Counted from the stretch's first letter, positions 1 to 13,700 are shown. The stretch is 64,000 bases of DNA from Zootoca vivipara (GCF_963506605.1 NC_083292.1:28024001-28088000), one strand, 5' to 3'. Program-made: numbers and translations. The notes: generated by a model from the sequence alone, not told the origin.

Positions 1-1013
1 GTCCCGGCGGGGAGGGGCTCCCGGGGGCCGAGGCTGGTGAGAGGGGGGGACGGAGGGGTGTCCGTTGGTCACGCTTGCGTTGGTCACGGCCGGGGGGGGC
101 GGGGCTCCAAAGCGTGGACGGGAGGGGGTCGGGACTACTAGATCCCCAAACCCAGCATGCGCACAAAGTCCTTTCTCCCAAAGTGCCTCTCTACCCCAGC
201 GCTCAGTTTCCAACGGGGGACCCTCGGGTTTCCCCCTGGGAAGTTCACCATGCACGACATGGCATGAGCTGCCCCTCGCAGGTACACTGCCTCTGTCCAT
301 GGAGGCTTCGTTCCTGGCTGACATGCGAGAGTGGACCTGGCAGCCACCGCACGTGGGCATAGACTAGATACTGTACTGTACATGAGATCCTTCTAGGGGG
401 AAATGTAATAATGAAGCCCAATTTGCTTTCTATAAGATGTCCAGCTGCCGTTTGCCAAATCAGGCTTTTGGTCTGCCTGCCCTTGAATTGTCCACTACTA
501 GCAAGCAGTGGCTCTTGAATGTTTTGGTGGAAGTTTCTCCTGGCCCACCTACCCAATGACCTTCTTTATCTTCAGGACTGAGCCTGGGGCGCCCTGCTCT
601 GGATTCTCCCCTGAGTACAAAAGCTTTCCCCTGTCTCTTGGCTAGAAGTGACTTACCACAGGCAAAATTGTTCATTTTCAAGCCTGAGTGAAGAAAAGTT
701 CAAAAGGAAGCTGTTGGAGTGGCTATTGGAGAATGCATTTTCCATTCATATATGCATTTGTTGAGCTGAGAAAATATTTGGCAGGGAACTAATGTGCACA
801 GCAGAGAGAGCAAAGTGCTGCTTGCAGAATCAAGGTGGGGGGGGTTGTTGCTTAGCCAGGAAATGCCAGGGTGGTTGGGGCCTTCCTTGCCCTTCCCATG
901 GCCCATCTTCAGAACAGCACAGTCAGCCCTTGTTAAGCGAGGGGCAACAGAACTACATTTCAGAGACAACTGGAAGAATCCTCATTTCCTTTTGTTGTTC
1001 CTAAATCCAATAG

Positions 1014-4000
1014 GCCCTGACCAAGATGTGCTTCCTAAGCCAGCGAGTAACGGAGCCCCAAACCCAGATGAGGCAACGCCAGCGCAAGAGTGCAACGGAG
1101 TCAGCGTAGAATCCACTGCTCTGGCCCTGCGACCTGAGCCTGCCAAGGAGGAAGCCCTTCAGCCCTCTGCTCCCGACGTGGTCATGCACATGGCAATCAA
1201 CCCGCCCATGGAGGAGCTCTCCATCACATATCCGCTAGAGTTTGAGCGGTACTGGAGAGCGGCACAAGAGAACCCTCTCGACTTCACTGCATGGACTGAG
1301 CTGCTGCAGTATGTAGAGCAAGAGGTAAGCTGAAGGGTCCACCTGCAAGCTTGGGTTGAATTGTGTGGTTAACTGTCGAAGTGCAAGTTAATTGTCCCTA
1401 AGTGGAGTGAGGCTTACCCGATGAAAGATAACAGCTTTAATAAGGCAGGTGCCTCCTTTTCCTTCACATTTACAGTAGCCGGCTGTGTTTTGTGTGCCTA
1501 GCTTCACCTCTTTCCTCTTTCCTACCTGGGCAGAATCACATCTATGCAGCCCGCAAAGCCTTTGACAGCTTCTTCCTGCGGTACCCTTATTGCTACGGCT
1601 ACTGGAAGAAATATGCAGACATGGAGCGGCGCTTTGACTTCATCAAGGAGACCGAGGAGGTGAGGGGATTCCGCACCTTTGCTTCCACCCCCCTTCTGTT
1701 CCTTTTGTGTGTGTGTGTCCCTGGGACGCACCCAGTTCAGACCACCGCGAGCCAGACGTAGGGGAGCTGCATGCTCCTTAAAGGTGCTGCAGAGTAGGCA
1801 GGCTCCAGGTATCTCCTGCAAGTGAGCCGAGCCACCTCACGCAACAGGATAAGGCAAAAAGCGTGCATGTGTGGTGTCTTCTTAGCTTCAGCTGGGGTAG
1901 GTGGACTCTGCAGGGATGAGTTTTGCTTTGCATTCAATCTCTCCTGAAGGACAAAAGCTCCTACCTCAACACGTTGTGCCTGGTTTTGTCAACCCCTAGT
2001 GCTTCAGAGGAAAGGAGGGAATCCAAGATCTTAAGGGTGAAGGCTTGGGGGCAAGGGATTGATGGGGAGGGGAGAAGAAAAACTCTTCCTGGCCTCTCCT
2101 CCCCTTCAGTTCTCTACAACTGAATAAGTATTTACAAATCATTTCTCTGCTACTGCTGTTGCTCCTCAGGTTTTCCAGCGAGGCCTGCAGTCCATTCCCC
2201 TCAGCATGGACCTGTGGATCCATTACATCTCCTTTCTGCAGTCCAGCTTGGATATGAACCTTCCAGATTCAGCTCAGAAAATCTGCGGGTAGGTTGTGTC
2301 ATAGGGAGGAAGGGACTTCCTATTGTAACCGTGTGTGTGAAAGAGAGAAGTGATAATTTGGAAGCCTGATTTGCCCTACAAGACTCAGGATGCTGAGTGC
2401 CATGGCCCCTTTTGTGCAATATTGAGAAATACATAGCAAGCAGTTCTCCAAATCTTAGTGGCCAAACAAATTGTGTCCTTGTCTTCTTACTGCGTGTGTA
2501 TGCTGAGTTCCAGGAGCACCTCCAGGGCTACCATAACTGAGCAGGCAAGGTACTCATGATATTCTGTCAACTGGGAAAATAGAACACTGGGTGGGGGTGG
2601 GGGTGGAATGGAGTTTCCTAGAGGACGACATGGAACAGGGATGCGGATACTCTGCAATATTCTGCCGTGGCTCCTATTTGCAAATACTGATCCCATCTCC
2701 CTGTGCCTGTACTCTGGTCCGCGCAGCACCTTTGAGTCGGCCGTGGCAGCCGCAGGGGTGGATTTCCGTTCGGACAAACTTTGGGAGATGTACGTGGAGT
2801 GGCAGAGGGAGCAAGGGGACCTGAAGGCCATCACTGCCATCTATGACCGAGTGCTGGCCACCCCCACCCAGCTGTACAGCCATCACTGGGAAAAGTAAGT
2901 CTTGCGGGGGGCTACCAGGGGGGGGGGGCTTCCATACTTTATTCAAGAGCTGTGGTGTGAGTGTCAGAGCTTCAGGCTCCCAAGTGAGGTGTTGGTTTGT
3001 GTGAGAAGGAAAGTGGCTAAACATGCCCACGGGAGGCAGAAGCAGCCGCAGCACTTCAGGATGGGGAGTCCTGGATGTAGCAATGCACCCCACCTGCATA
3101 ACTCCCCAAGGAGGGAAATTCCAAAGGAGGAACCCTGTCGATGTTTTGCTATTGATACAGTCATCCTTGATTTATACTTTTGCCCTTCTCCCTTTCAATT
3201 TGCTGAGAGTAGCAGACATGGTTCTCTCTCCCCCACTCCTCTGCCCATTGTTATCCTCAGAACAACCCTATGAGGTAGGCTAGGCCATGGGAGAGAGCAA
3301 CTAGCTCCAGGTCACCCTGTGAGGCTTTTGAGGAATTTGAATCAGGCTTTCACCGCTTTTGGTACCAGCCCTCTCCACTGCAGCAAGTGGACACTTCTTC
3401 ACAGTTTGCACAACTCAGCCTGTCCGTCGAGATGGATGTATTTCAAACTTTTATCAGCATTTGAATTTTAGAGTCATGGAATCGGAAAGCACCGTAGGAA
3501 TCGCGATGCAACATGGCACTTTCATTCTCTGTGTTCACAGTAGCCCTGTGAGGTAGGCTGTGTTGTGCCACGAAATGATTTCTCAGTGGCCACACCCATT
3601 CAACTTCATTGGCTGAGTGTGTCTTCCACAGGCAGAGCTGGCACTGCCAAAATATACCCATAATACAGGTTAGGAAATGGGGTGGAGGGCGAGAGGCCAC
3701 CCAGACACTTCCTGTCTCCCAGGTCCCATCTCCTGAGAGAGCTCACAAGGTGGGGGGAATAAGGAAGTCTCTCAGCCAGGGATGCCTGAGAGAATGATCT
3801 GCAGGCTCTGTTTTTTCCTGAGCAAAGCTATGAAGGTGCTGGCTTACAAAGTGGTGTTTTCTGCAGTGGGTGCACCCAAAATTCAGTTAAAGGTTGTGAA
3901 AAGACTTGCAGGCGTGACTGTCCTTGAGAGACTAGATATTTGTGGATGTAATTGGATATCTGATATTTTGTAAGGGAAGTTTCCTGCTGTGCTGTAAATA

Positions 4001-7000
4001 AATATTGAAAATGTAATTCATGTGATAGGCTTAGGTATCTTGCTCTGTTGCCCTTCCCCATTCTTCCCCCTTCCAACTCTGCCTTAGGGGTATGATCCTG
4101 CTGACTTCCCTTACAGTCTTGTGGCAAAGGTTTTACTGAGATAACGTCTATGGCGTCAACAACTTAAGGTCTTGAATCATAGCTTAGTATTATTAGCTGC
4201 TGTGGGGGACCATTCTGGTGTTGGCACAGTACCAGACCACTGTCCCCTCCCCAGTTCTCTGCAGCCTCCAAACGCCCCCTTCTCTCCAGAGTGGGCACCT
4301 TGCCTTGCCTTGCCTGCCCCACCTTTCTTCCAAAGAGCAGGATTGTCTTTCTCTTCCCTTAACGCAGGTTCAAGGAGCACGTGACCAGCCATCCCCCCAG
4401 AGAGATTCTCTCCACAGAGGAGCTGCTGTGGCTGCAGTCGAAGATGGCCTCCGAGACAGTGGCCAAGGCCACCGAGATGGAGGCCGAGGAGGCTCCGCCT
4501 GGAGAGGACGTCCCACTGAAGACAGAAGCCAAGCAGGAGATGGTGGAAGGGAGCCAAGTGCTGGTGGGTGTGGCTGGCTGCTCTGCTTTCTCTGGTACTG
4601 GGGGGGGGCTTCCTGGGCTCTGCACACTGACTTTCTACAATGAAAGAGAGCTTCCATCCTTAGAGGCAGAATACCATTTAAGTGTCTGGTGCTGGGAACA
4701 AAATGGCTGCTGTGGTTCACGTCTCACGTCTTGTTCATGAGCTTCCCACGTGCATTTAGGCTCTCTTAAGGCTCTCTCTTGAGTGCTTCCATGCCTTGTG
4801 CAACCAGTGGCTGAGCTGTGCTCTTGGATTTCAGGGACCTCTGGACCAGGACAGGATCCGGGAGCTCGTGATATCTATTCGCCAGCATATCTACACCCAG
4901 AATGAGAGCGAAGTCAGCAAGCGCTGGAATTTTGAAGAGGGGGTTTGTATAGCTGAGCCGCTGTTTGGTAGTGCTTTCTATCTAGGGTTTTAACTTTTTC
5001 TAAGAACCTGGCTAGCAGCTGTCAGTCTCTCTGCTGTGGTCGTGTGGTATGTGAGAGAAGCAGCTCTGCTCAGTTCTTCCCTGCTTCTAAAAAAACAAGC
5101 AACTTGGCTTCTTGCCTTTAAGGCTGCGGAATGAGCCTGAGAAGCTTCAAAAGCCAGGCCTGCCTGTGCTGCCTCCTTGGGCCTTTCTCCTGTTAGCTTG
5201 GGGTTCACTTGCTTGGCAGCCAGACACTGTGAGTCTTCTCCCCCTGCCCTGTGAGGTTTATGCTTGGAAATGTTGTCCAGGGTTCATGCAAGGCCAAAAG
5301 GGGTGATGGATGGCAGAGTGCTTCTGTAGGACTGAATTGCCAAATAGGCTGCATATGGCGGAGCTGGGAGGATGGATCCTGTGCCCTGCCAGTGTGACAT
5401 AGAGCTTTTGCTTTGTGGCTGAAGCGCTGACGCGCACCGATGCCAGTGCACTCCATTCCTTGCCTGTCTTGGGTCAGCCAAAAAAAAATGTGCGAGGTCC
5501 CCCTCCCTCTGGACTTCAGCCCCAGCAGGATTGGGGAATTTATCTCCCTGCTTTCCTTTTGCCTCTCTGGTTGAGCTCCTTCCCCCTCCCCTCCTTTTGT
5601 TTTAGATCAAGAGACCCTACTTCCATGTAAAGCCGCTGGAGAGAGCCCAGCTGCGGAACTGGCGGGACTACCTGGACTTTGAGATTGCCAGCGGCTCGCA
5701 CGAGCGCACCATTGTGCTCTTTGAGCGCTGCGTCATTGCCTGCGCCCTGTACGAGGAGTTCTGGATCAAGGTGTGTGTTGGCAAGATGCGCTTCCTCCCC
5801 TGAATGCCCCCCCGGGCTGCACCGTGCAGAGGAGGGGAGCGACTCCTCTTCTGCCCTTCAGGCAGTCCCAGAGGCTGTGGTTTAAACTCTTTCCTTTATG
5901 AGCAGCCTCTTGTTTCGTTAGGCCTCCTCCTCCGGAAAGTGCATATCGTCTCGCTGTGGGTGTCCCCATTGTGGGCTCTAGTTAGATGGATAACATATTG
6001 GTGTCTGCCTAGATTACAGAATGGTCCCCACACAGAAGGAGGAGGCAAGCAACAAAGGCAGCTTTGCCACGATGGGGCAAAAAATGATCACTGGCTTTTT
6101 CAGAAACACAGTGACAGAACGTGATCTCTTTGGGTTAAGCTCCTTTTGACAAGTGCTGCCATCACAGGTGTACATCCAAGCTGATTTTCATACCACCCTC
6201 TGCTTCTTCTATTCCCTTTTCCCCTCCATCCAGTACACAAGGTACCTCGAGAACCACAGTGTAGCTGGGGCCAGGAACGTCTTCCAGCGAGCTTGCTGCT
6301 ATCACCTCCCTCGGAAGCCCAACATCCACCTCCTCTGGGCAGCCTTTGAGGAGAAACAAGGTGAGGAGAATAAGGTGCTCCGCCTTGCCAGCCCCCTCAG
6401 TTTTCTAGCCCGAGAAGCGGCTTGCCCCATGCTGCTAAAATCTTCTGTTGATCAGCCTTAAGCTGCCTAGGCTAGGTTGCCTAGGTTGCCTTTCAGGGTT
6501 CACAGAATTCTTCGCCAGCCAAACATTTCTACTGAACTTGAAATGATTGAAGTATTTAATTTTTTGTCAATGTCCAGATGGCGTGCCATTAAAGAGACAT
6601 TGCAAGTGTAAACATTTCCACTTGCACAACAGGACTCCTCCCACACATGTGCCCCTCAAAATCTGCTCTAGGCAGTTGCGGGAACCCCTAGAACAGAAGG
6701 AAGGGGTGTGGATGGCACAAAGTTCGCTCCCTTCAACTCCAGGGGAACTGGGCAAAGAGGGGCCAGGGCAGTGGGGAAGATCTCTGAATGGCCAGGAGGA
6801 CGCCTGCTCATTGTCCTTGCTGAAGTTGTAGATTCTCGGAGGATAATAATTTGAACTCTTCTGAGCTCTCAGCACAGCAAATGCAGATGTTTTCACTCTG
6901 CCCCCTCCCATGCAGGAGAGGTGGAGGAAGCCCGGCGCATCTTGAAGTCTTTTGAGGACTGTGTGCCTGGGCTGGCCATGGTGCGTCTGCGGCGAGTGAG

Positions 7001-9539
7001 CCTGGAGCGCCGGCTGGGAAACATGGAAGCGGCGGAGACCCTCCTGATGGAAGCCATCCGGGAGAACGAGGGGATGCCTGTCTCTTCCTTCTATTCTGTC
7101 AAACTAGCCCGGCAGGTTCTGAAAGTGCAGAAGAACCTGATCAAAGCCCGGAAGATACTCTTGGAGGCACTGGAGAAGGATCCGGTAAATACTGGGAGTT
7201 GTGTGTGTGCACACGCAGTTGTGAACCTTTTGTATGAGTTGCAAAGGGGATGTGGGGAGATGGGGACCTTGAAGCTCGGCATCCAAAAGTGAGGGACTGG
7301 GTATGGTTTTCAACTTCTCTGATGCTGCTTTGCACAGAGATTTGAGATAAGACTTGAGTGTGGCTTTGTAGAAGGCTGGATATCAGTGTTGTGCATGGTC
7401 ATGTGTGTACACCCTCCTTGAGCATCCTTGGCACCTCCTAGAGCTACTAAGAGAAATTTGGTGTGGCTTATTACTGTGTTTCTGCCATTGCTGTATGTGT
7501 AAACAGCAATTCTGCAATTATTCCTCTTTGAGGTGGGAAGTGCAGATCAGCCCTGAATGTATCTAATCTTTCTTGAAAATGTTAAAAGTTCCAGCCCTCT
7601 CAGTCATGCACAAAGTTTTGGAGCCCCTAGCCGAAGCTTCCTCCTTACAGTGTGAGATAAAGCAATCCCTTTGAACAGTGATCAACTGCTTGCATCCTAC
7701 AGTAGGCATTACTTGTAAACGCAGCTCAATAAAGGCATTTCTTAAGGAAGCTGGTGAGTTTGGTCAGATAGCTAGCTCTAAAATGCTCTCTTCTCAAGAG
7801 TGGATACCAAGGAGAAAATGTGGTGTTTCTAATTGCAGGTCTCTTCTGGATTCTATCCAGAAGAGATTCTTCTGGATTCTATCCAGAAGAGATTCTTCTG
7901 GATTCTATCCAGAAGAGCCAGTCCCTTAGTTGACATTTATTCAAGGTCAAGCAAAGCTCAGTTCTGCTTGCCTTTCTCCATCCTGGCCTGTCGTAAAAAA
8001 GGAATCAAAAAGCATTTTCTAGAGGATCCCAAATTTTTCCCTTGGGGCCACCTAGGTAGACTTAATGCTGGCCAATTTTTGCCAACCCTTTATTTTGAGC
8101 TGCAGGTTTTCCTTTGTGCTGAATTGAACACAAGAGGTGGTCTGGATTCTTTCCTTCCACACATTGTCCCCAACTTTTCTGAGTGATATTTTCTGCTGCA
8201 TTTTCCTTTGATGCAGGACAATGCCAAGCTCTATGCCAATCTGTTAGAAATGGAGTTCAGTGCTGACGTCCGGCAAAATGAGGGCAACACCATGAGTAGC
8301 TTCGACCGAGCCCTAACCAGCGGTCTCCCCCTGGAGACCAAGATTATATTCTCTCAGCGGAGGGTGGAGTTTCTTGAGGACTTTGGGTCCAGCATCAACA
8401 GGTAACAAAGAGAGGAGTACAGTGAAACTGGGCCAAACCTGCAGGCTTTTGTCTGTCCAGTTTATGACAGCCATGCGCCAGCAGAGCTTTTTTCTCTTCC
8501 CAATATTCCTTCTCCTTTTTGCATTGGCAGCTTACTGACATCGTACGATGAGCATCAGAAACTCCTGAACCAGCAAGTGATGAGGAAGAGGCTCCTGGAG
8601 AATGGGTGAGGAACTCCTCGGCCACTGAGGTCCTTGGCTTTTGTTTGGCCTCTGTTGTCTGTTTAGGAGGAGGTGGTGACCAACAGGCTGCCTCACTGAG
8701 GCTGCAGACCTCTGCACGTGTACTTTAGGGGGGCTTTTGTTGAAATCGGCACAATGTACTTCCAAGTTAGTTATGTTGCTGTGACCCAGCATGAGGTCCT
8801 GAAATACCAGCCGAACACCAGTCCCCTAATGCACATATTACATTCCTGACTGTCAACTGCTAAGCCAGGCCCCTAAGGCAGCCATAGATGTCCACTCCCT
8901 TCCAGGATGCTGACTGCCCTTTTTGAACTTCCGTGCAGTGCTGAGGAGGGCGATGAAAAAAGGATGAGACTTGAGGATGCTGCTGCAGCTGCAGGAGGTG
9001 GCAGCCTTGCAGTTGCAACAACGGGCATCACCCCTTTGATGGCAGCAGACGTGAGCAACAGCAGCACAACAGGAGCTTATAACTATAACACTTGGTACCA
9101 GGTGAGTTGTGAGAGGCTTCTGGAATGAGTTCATTAGACATCGCAGAGGTGGCTGAAACAGACTCTTGGGACCAGTTCCTAGTTAGCTTGACAGGTAATA
9201 CACACATTACTTAGGTAGCTTGACTCTTTTATTTGAGACAGCTAGGTGGTTTGCACAACCCAATTGAACAGTTAATTTGGACCGGTTTGAGCAGGCAGCT
9301 TAGCTTAGGCCTGTTGAGCCAAGCATTCTGTGTGAACAAGCATTCCATTAAAGTTTTTGCTGATGGGGGGGGGGGACAGGAAGGAAGGCTGTCCGCAAAA
9401 TAAACAATGTAATTTATAGCCGCCTGGCAAAATTGAAATATTTATTTGCTTCATTTTTTATCTACTCTGTTTGCAGAACTATAGTGGCTATGGGTACCAG
9501 AACACATGGAACTACAATCAGTATTACCAACAGACCTGA
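1014..9539 (+). CDS. PRPF39: Pre-mRNA-processing factor 39-like (HAT-repeat U1 snRNP-associated protein), probably a PRPF39 paralogue; 5' end not resolved
   Basis: Exons with GT-AG boundaries and continuous frame: 1014-1324, 1534-1659, 2170-2288, 2727-2894, 4368-4563, 4835-4942, 5606-5770, 6234-6360, 6916-7184, 8217-8401, 8531-8605, 8939-9101, 9477-9539 (TGA). Translation contains PRPF39 motifs: [87 protein letters not shown] and a Tyr-rich C-tail. The start codon is upstream of 1014 (or at 299, or outside the window). Confidence 0.9.
7841..7917. repeat. Tandem repeat, 3 x 26 bp, each unit a self-complementary hairpin
   Basis: (C/T)TCTTCTGGAT-TCT-ATCCAGAAGAG(A) occurs three times in an intron of the PRPF39-like gene. 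Confidence 0.9.
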
Positions 9540-10741
9540 AACTGATTGGCCCAAGATGCCCATAGCATCTGTGAGACTGAGTGGCAGCTGCAGCTTTTTG
9601 GCCCACATACAGAAGCAACATGAAGTCCAGGTGTGACCTGTAACTGCTGCTGCTGCCTCCTCTCTGAGCAGCTGTAGAGAAACTTAACTGTCTCCATCTG
9701 AAAAACTGATTCTCCCTCCCCACAAAAGCTTTGTATGTACTGAGCTGCCCCACCACCTATTACGAGCCACAATTTTCGTGTTTCCACGATTCAAGGGAAT
9801 ATGTTGACACTTCTTAGATGTGGAGGATCCAAAATCACATATTCCATGCAGAGCTGCTGTTGGTTACCACACAAGGGTGGTTGCCACAGTCCTCCTTGGA
9901 GACCCTTTGGACGATGGAGTGACCAAGGACTACGTCTTGTCTGCCGTGGGATCCTCTTAGCAGGCTTCATGAGGCAGAATTGGTGTCTGTTAAAATGAGT
10001 CCTCCTTTTTTTTGTAAACTTTTTCTCCTGTACATTTCATGTGTTGTTAACTGTACATAAACAGGAATTCATAACCATGTCTTTACCCTCCATTTTTCTG
10101 CGAGGGGGGAAGTGTTCAGGGGGTTATTCTACTATGGGTTGGCATAGTGCTTAGCCAAAGTTGTGGCTTTTCTTTTCTTTCTACTTGAATTACAAGTTCT
10201 GCTTGCCTGGTTACTTTATTTAACAGTGTAGGAGCAGCCAATGATTGCTGCAGTCTTCTCATTCAAACTCAACTCTGCAACTAGATGGGCTAGAACTGTT
10301 TATACAACCCCCCCCCTTGGAACAGGAATTGTATACAAGGGAACATTTGCTCTGGAAGAAGACTGTAAGTCTATTCCTTTCTTTGTTATGGACTATATTG
10401 TCTTGAAAGTTTGAGAATTGGTTCTAAAACCTACTTGCTCACCTTAGAAGAATAAAGCCAGGCAGAATAATCCAGCAAAGTCAGGTTCTTTAGCAAAAGT
10501 GCTCTTCCCTAACAAGGAACTCTAAGGCAGGCATCTAGAAGTTCCACATGGCCGAAAGTAGAAAATGTTTAGGCTATGCTTGCCCAGCACACTTGAAAGA
10601 GCCGTTTGTTTCCTGCAGTACAAATGCAATCCTCTAGGCCTGAAATAATCCCCCTCCTGCTCATTATTCCTACCCTACTGGTCAACATTAGAAAAGTGGA
10701 TCTTACAAGAAGATAAACTAGTGAGAATATCTCTCATTTAT

Positions 10742-13700
10742 TTAAAAGCCTTTGTCCGTCAGCCACTTTTTTAATTCCTGCTCAAAAAATCCCTTGACGC
10801 GAATCATGCAGGTAACTTCATTCACTTGGGTGATTGCTGTCCGCCCAGACAGCTGTGTGATGAGTTCCTTCACTTCATTTTCAAGGGCCTGGGGGGGAAA
10901 TGAAAAAAAGGTCAGAAAGTAGCATGATTCACCCACGTATTCACCCACCTCAATTTCCTAATCTCTGGCTAAGAACAGTACAGCCACCACTGTTGTAGTT
11001 GTTAAACAATCCTCAAAACTCTGCGACCAATAAGATCACAGCCGCTTGCTCCGGATTAATCTGGAACTATCTATAGATAATCCACTTATTTTATCATCCT
11101 AGTATAAGGAAAACCAACGGGGTGCAGTATGCAAAGGTGACATGGGCAGGAGAGAAGGAACAATGGGAATGACACCTACCCAAATATCGCCTTCAATCTT
11201 TCTGATGACCGTCATCTTCCTGCACCCTCTGTGGGTAGTAGCTGTATAAACTGGGATATTGTGCATTCGCGACCTCCGTACAAAATAAGGAAGGTCAGGT
11301 GGCGGGTCTAGTGTTGAAGAAAGCAAAATGTCTGGATCTACAGATGGTCACATTTTATATAACTAAATCAAAGCACAAAGCAAAGAGCTGGGTATACTAG
11401 CCCCCACCCTTCCTCCTCCAATCCTCCACTAATTTTATAAACATTCCTAATTTGTGTAATTCAAGCCACAAAACATCTTTAGGTTCTAGCAAGAGAATAA
11501 GGGAAAGGGGTGATGTGAATCAGAAGCAGGTAGAAGTTCTGACTTAAAAGGTTTATACCTTGTGCAATAAATGAACTGTCATATACAGGCACCTACTAGT
11601 GCCAGACTTGCTTATCTCCAACGACAGAATGGTGTGATGTGCTTCCTGCTGCCTTCTGTATTTAGTTCAAACTTTACTTCCCAGGGTGCCGAAGGATGCT
11701 ACATGTACAAACTCTTTCAGGCACCCCCTTCCCTTCAAAAGCTAGGGGTGGGCAACTGCATCTCACTATCTCCCTCACCTGTCACAGGTCATTTGGCAGG
11801 TGGATGCAGCTGTTTATGTAGTCAGTCCATCTTGTTCACTACTGTCTACACTGAGTGGATCTCCGGGATTTCAGTAAGAACTCTCCCAGGCCTACCTGGA
11901 GATACCACCGGGAATTGAACCTTGAACCATCTGCATTTAAAGAAGATGCTCTACCAGTGAGCTATGACCCTTCTTCTGACATCAAGATGACTTTTGACCA
12001 CACGGTTCTTGCGGAGACCTTTGCAAACCAGACCAAACAGCCTGATCTGTGGTGCCTGCAAACCCTCTTTCAGCTGAGCCAGGTCTTCACCAACCCCACA
12101 CCTGATGCCATAAATCAGCAGTCCCCAAACTAAGGCCCGGGGGTCGGATGTGGCCCAATCGCCTTATAAATCCAGCCCACGGACGGTCCGGAAATCAGCA
12201 TGTTTTTACATGAGTAGAATGTGTCCTTTTATTTAAAATGCATCTCTGGGTTATTTGTGGGGCATAGAAATTTGTTAATATTTTTTTTTCAAAATATAGT
12301 CCCGCCCCCCCCCCAAGGTCTGAGGGACAGTAGACCGACCCCCTGCTGAAAAAGTTTGCTGACCCCTTCCAAAATGATGCCAGGGACCTGGTTGGGCCAA
12401 AATGGTCTCATGAGTCTAATTGGGCCCTTACCTAAGACTCTGAACTACTTAAGAGAAATCAAATTACCCCTTCCCCTGTATTTTACCTTGAGGTGGGCTC
12501 CATCCAGAAGGGGTGGGATAACTGTCATGTTTCGGGGGTACTGGTACTTGGGAGGGAGGTATAAGTCTCTCCACAAACCTATATTCATTAGTAGATTCAA
12601 TAATCCCTGGATATTTCTGTTCTGTAGAGCTGGTTTCTGCTGAAGCTTGCCTCTGAAACACAAAGAAAAGATGTTAGTCAACTCACAAGAATTTTGCTTG
12701 GGGATATCATCACTATTTTTCTGCTATAATAATGGTGGAGAGAAATTTGTCAGAGAGAAATCAGTTCTTTCTTTAGCTATGGAGAGTGAGAATCGTATGC
12801 TAACAAGGGCAACTGAAACTAAATGCTCCTAAAACATTTTTTTTATAAGTCTTATTGAATCATTTTGTCCAGACAGAATAGGCACAATGTTTGAAGGAGA
12901 TCTTGCAAGGCCACCTAATTCAACCCCCTGCTTGATGGGGAAATCCAGAGCTAGAACATCACTCAACAGCCTGCCCCAAAAGATGGCTGCCTAGCCTCTG
13001 TTTGAAGACCTTCAGCAAGGAAGCACCCACCCCGACCCTCAATACCGGTTGTTTACGTTGCTACAGCCACTCACTGCAGATGGAGACTGGAAAAACAAGG
13101 TTAATTTTAGAACAGTAAATTAGAAGCTGGTTTGGGAGAATCAGCTCGGCACACTCCACATTCTATGATGTGGGGCCATGCATAGATTCTGTTTGGGGTC
13201 TAGTACTGCTAGTGGTTGCTAGTTCTCTCCATCACTATATACATTTGAAGCATATAATTTTAAAAACTTCCAATGGTTCTACAGTCACTCTGCTAAATGC
13301 AACTGACCTGCGTTCAAATGCTTATTCAATCACAAAATTCAACTTGGGCCACTCTGCCTAAAAAGTATCCCAGAAGAATAAAAAATGGGGCAAGGAAGAG
13401 ATAGGAAGATGTCCACGTCTACCATCCTGACCTCCTTGTATAGTAAACAAATAAGGATAATAGAGTCTATGAAGTAGGTGTCAGGAGCCTACAGCCCACC
13501 AGATGTTGCTGGATTACAATTCCCATTAGTCCATTCTAATAGTTAAGCTATTTGGGGCTGAGGAGAGCAGGACTCCCAACAACATCTCGAGGGACAAAGT
13601 TTCCCCATTCCTACATTAGAGGTGACTGCGAAGTCCCTACTCAATATCCCAGATGATGTCAAGTAAAATAAAAACCACCGCTCTCCTCTCCCCCGAACAC

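Noticed and set aside
7841-7917. CRISPR-like palindromic direct repeats
   Set aside because: No spacers, eukaryotic intron, and no cas genes; it is a simple tandem triplication.
1325-9476. SNORD127-like snoRNA, which mammalian PRPF39 hosts
   Set aside because: I could not find a convincing C/D box pair with a terminal stem in these introns by eye. A covariance-model search would be needed.
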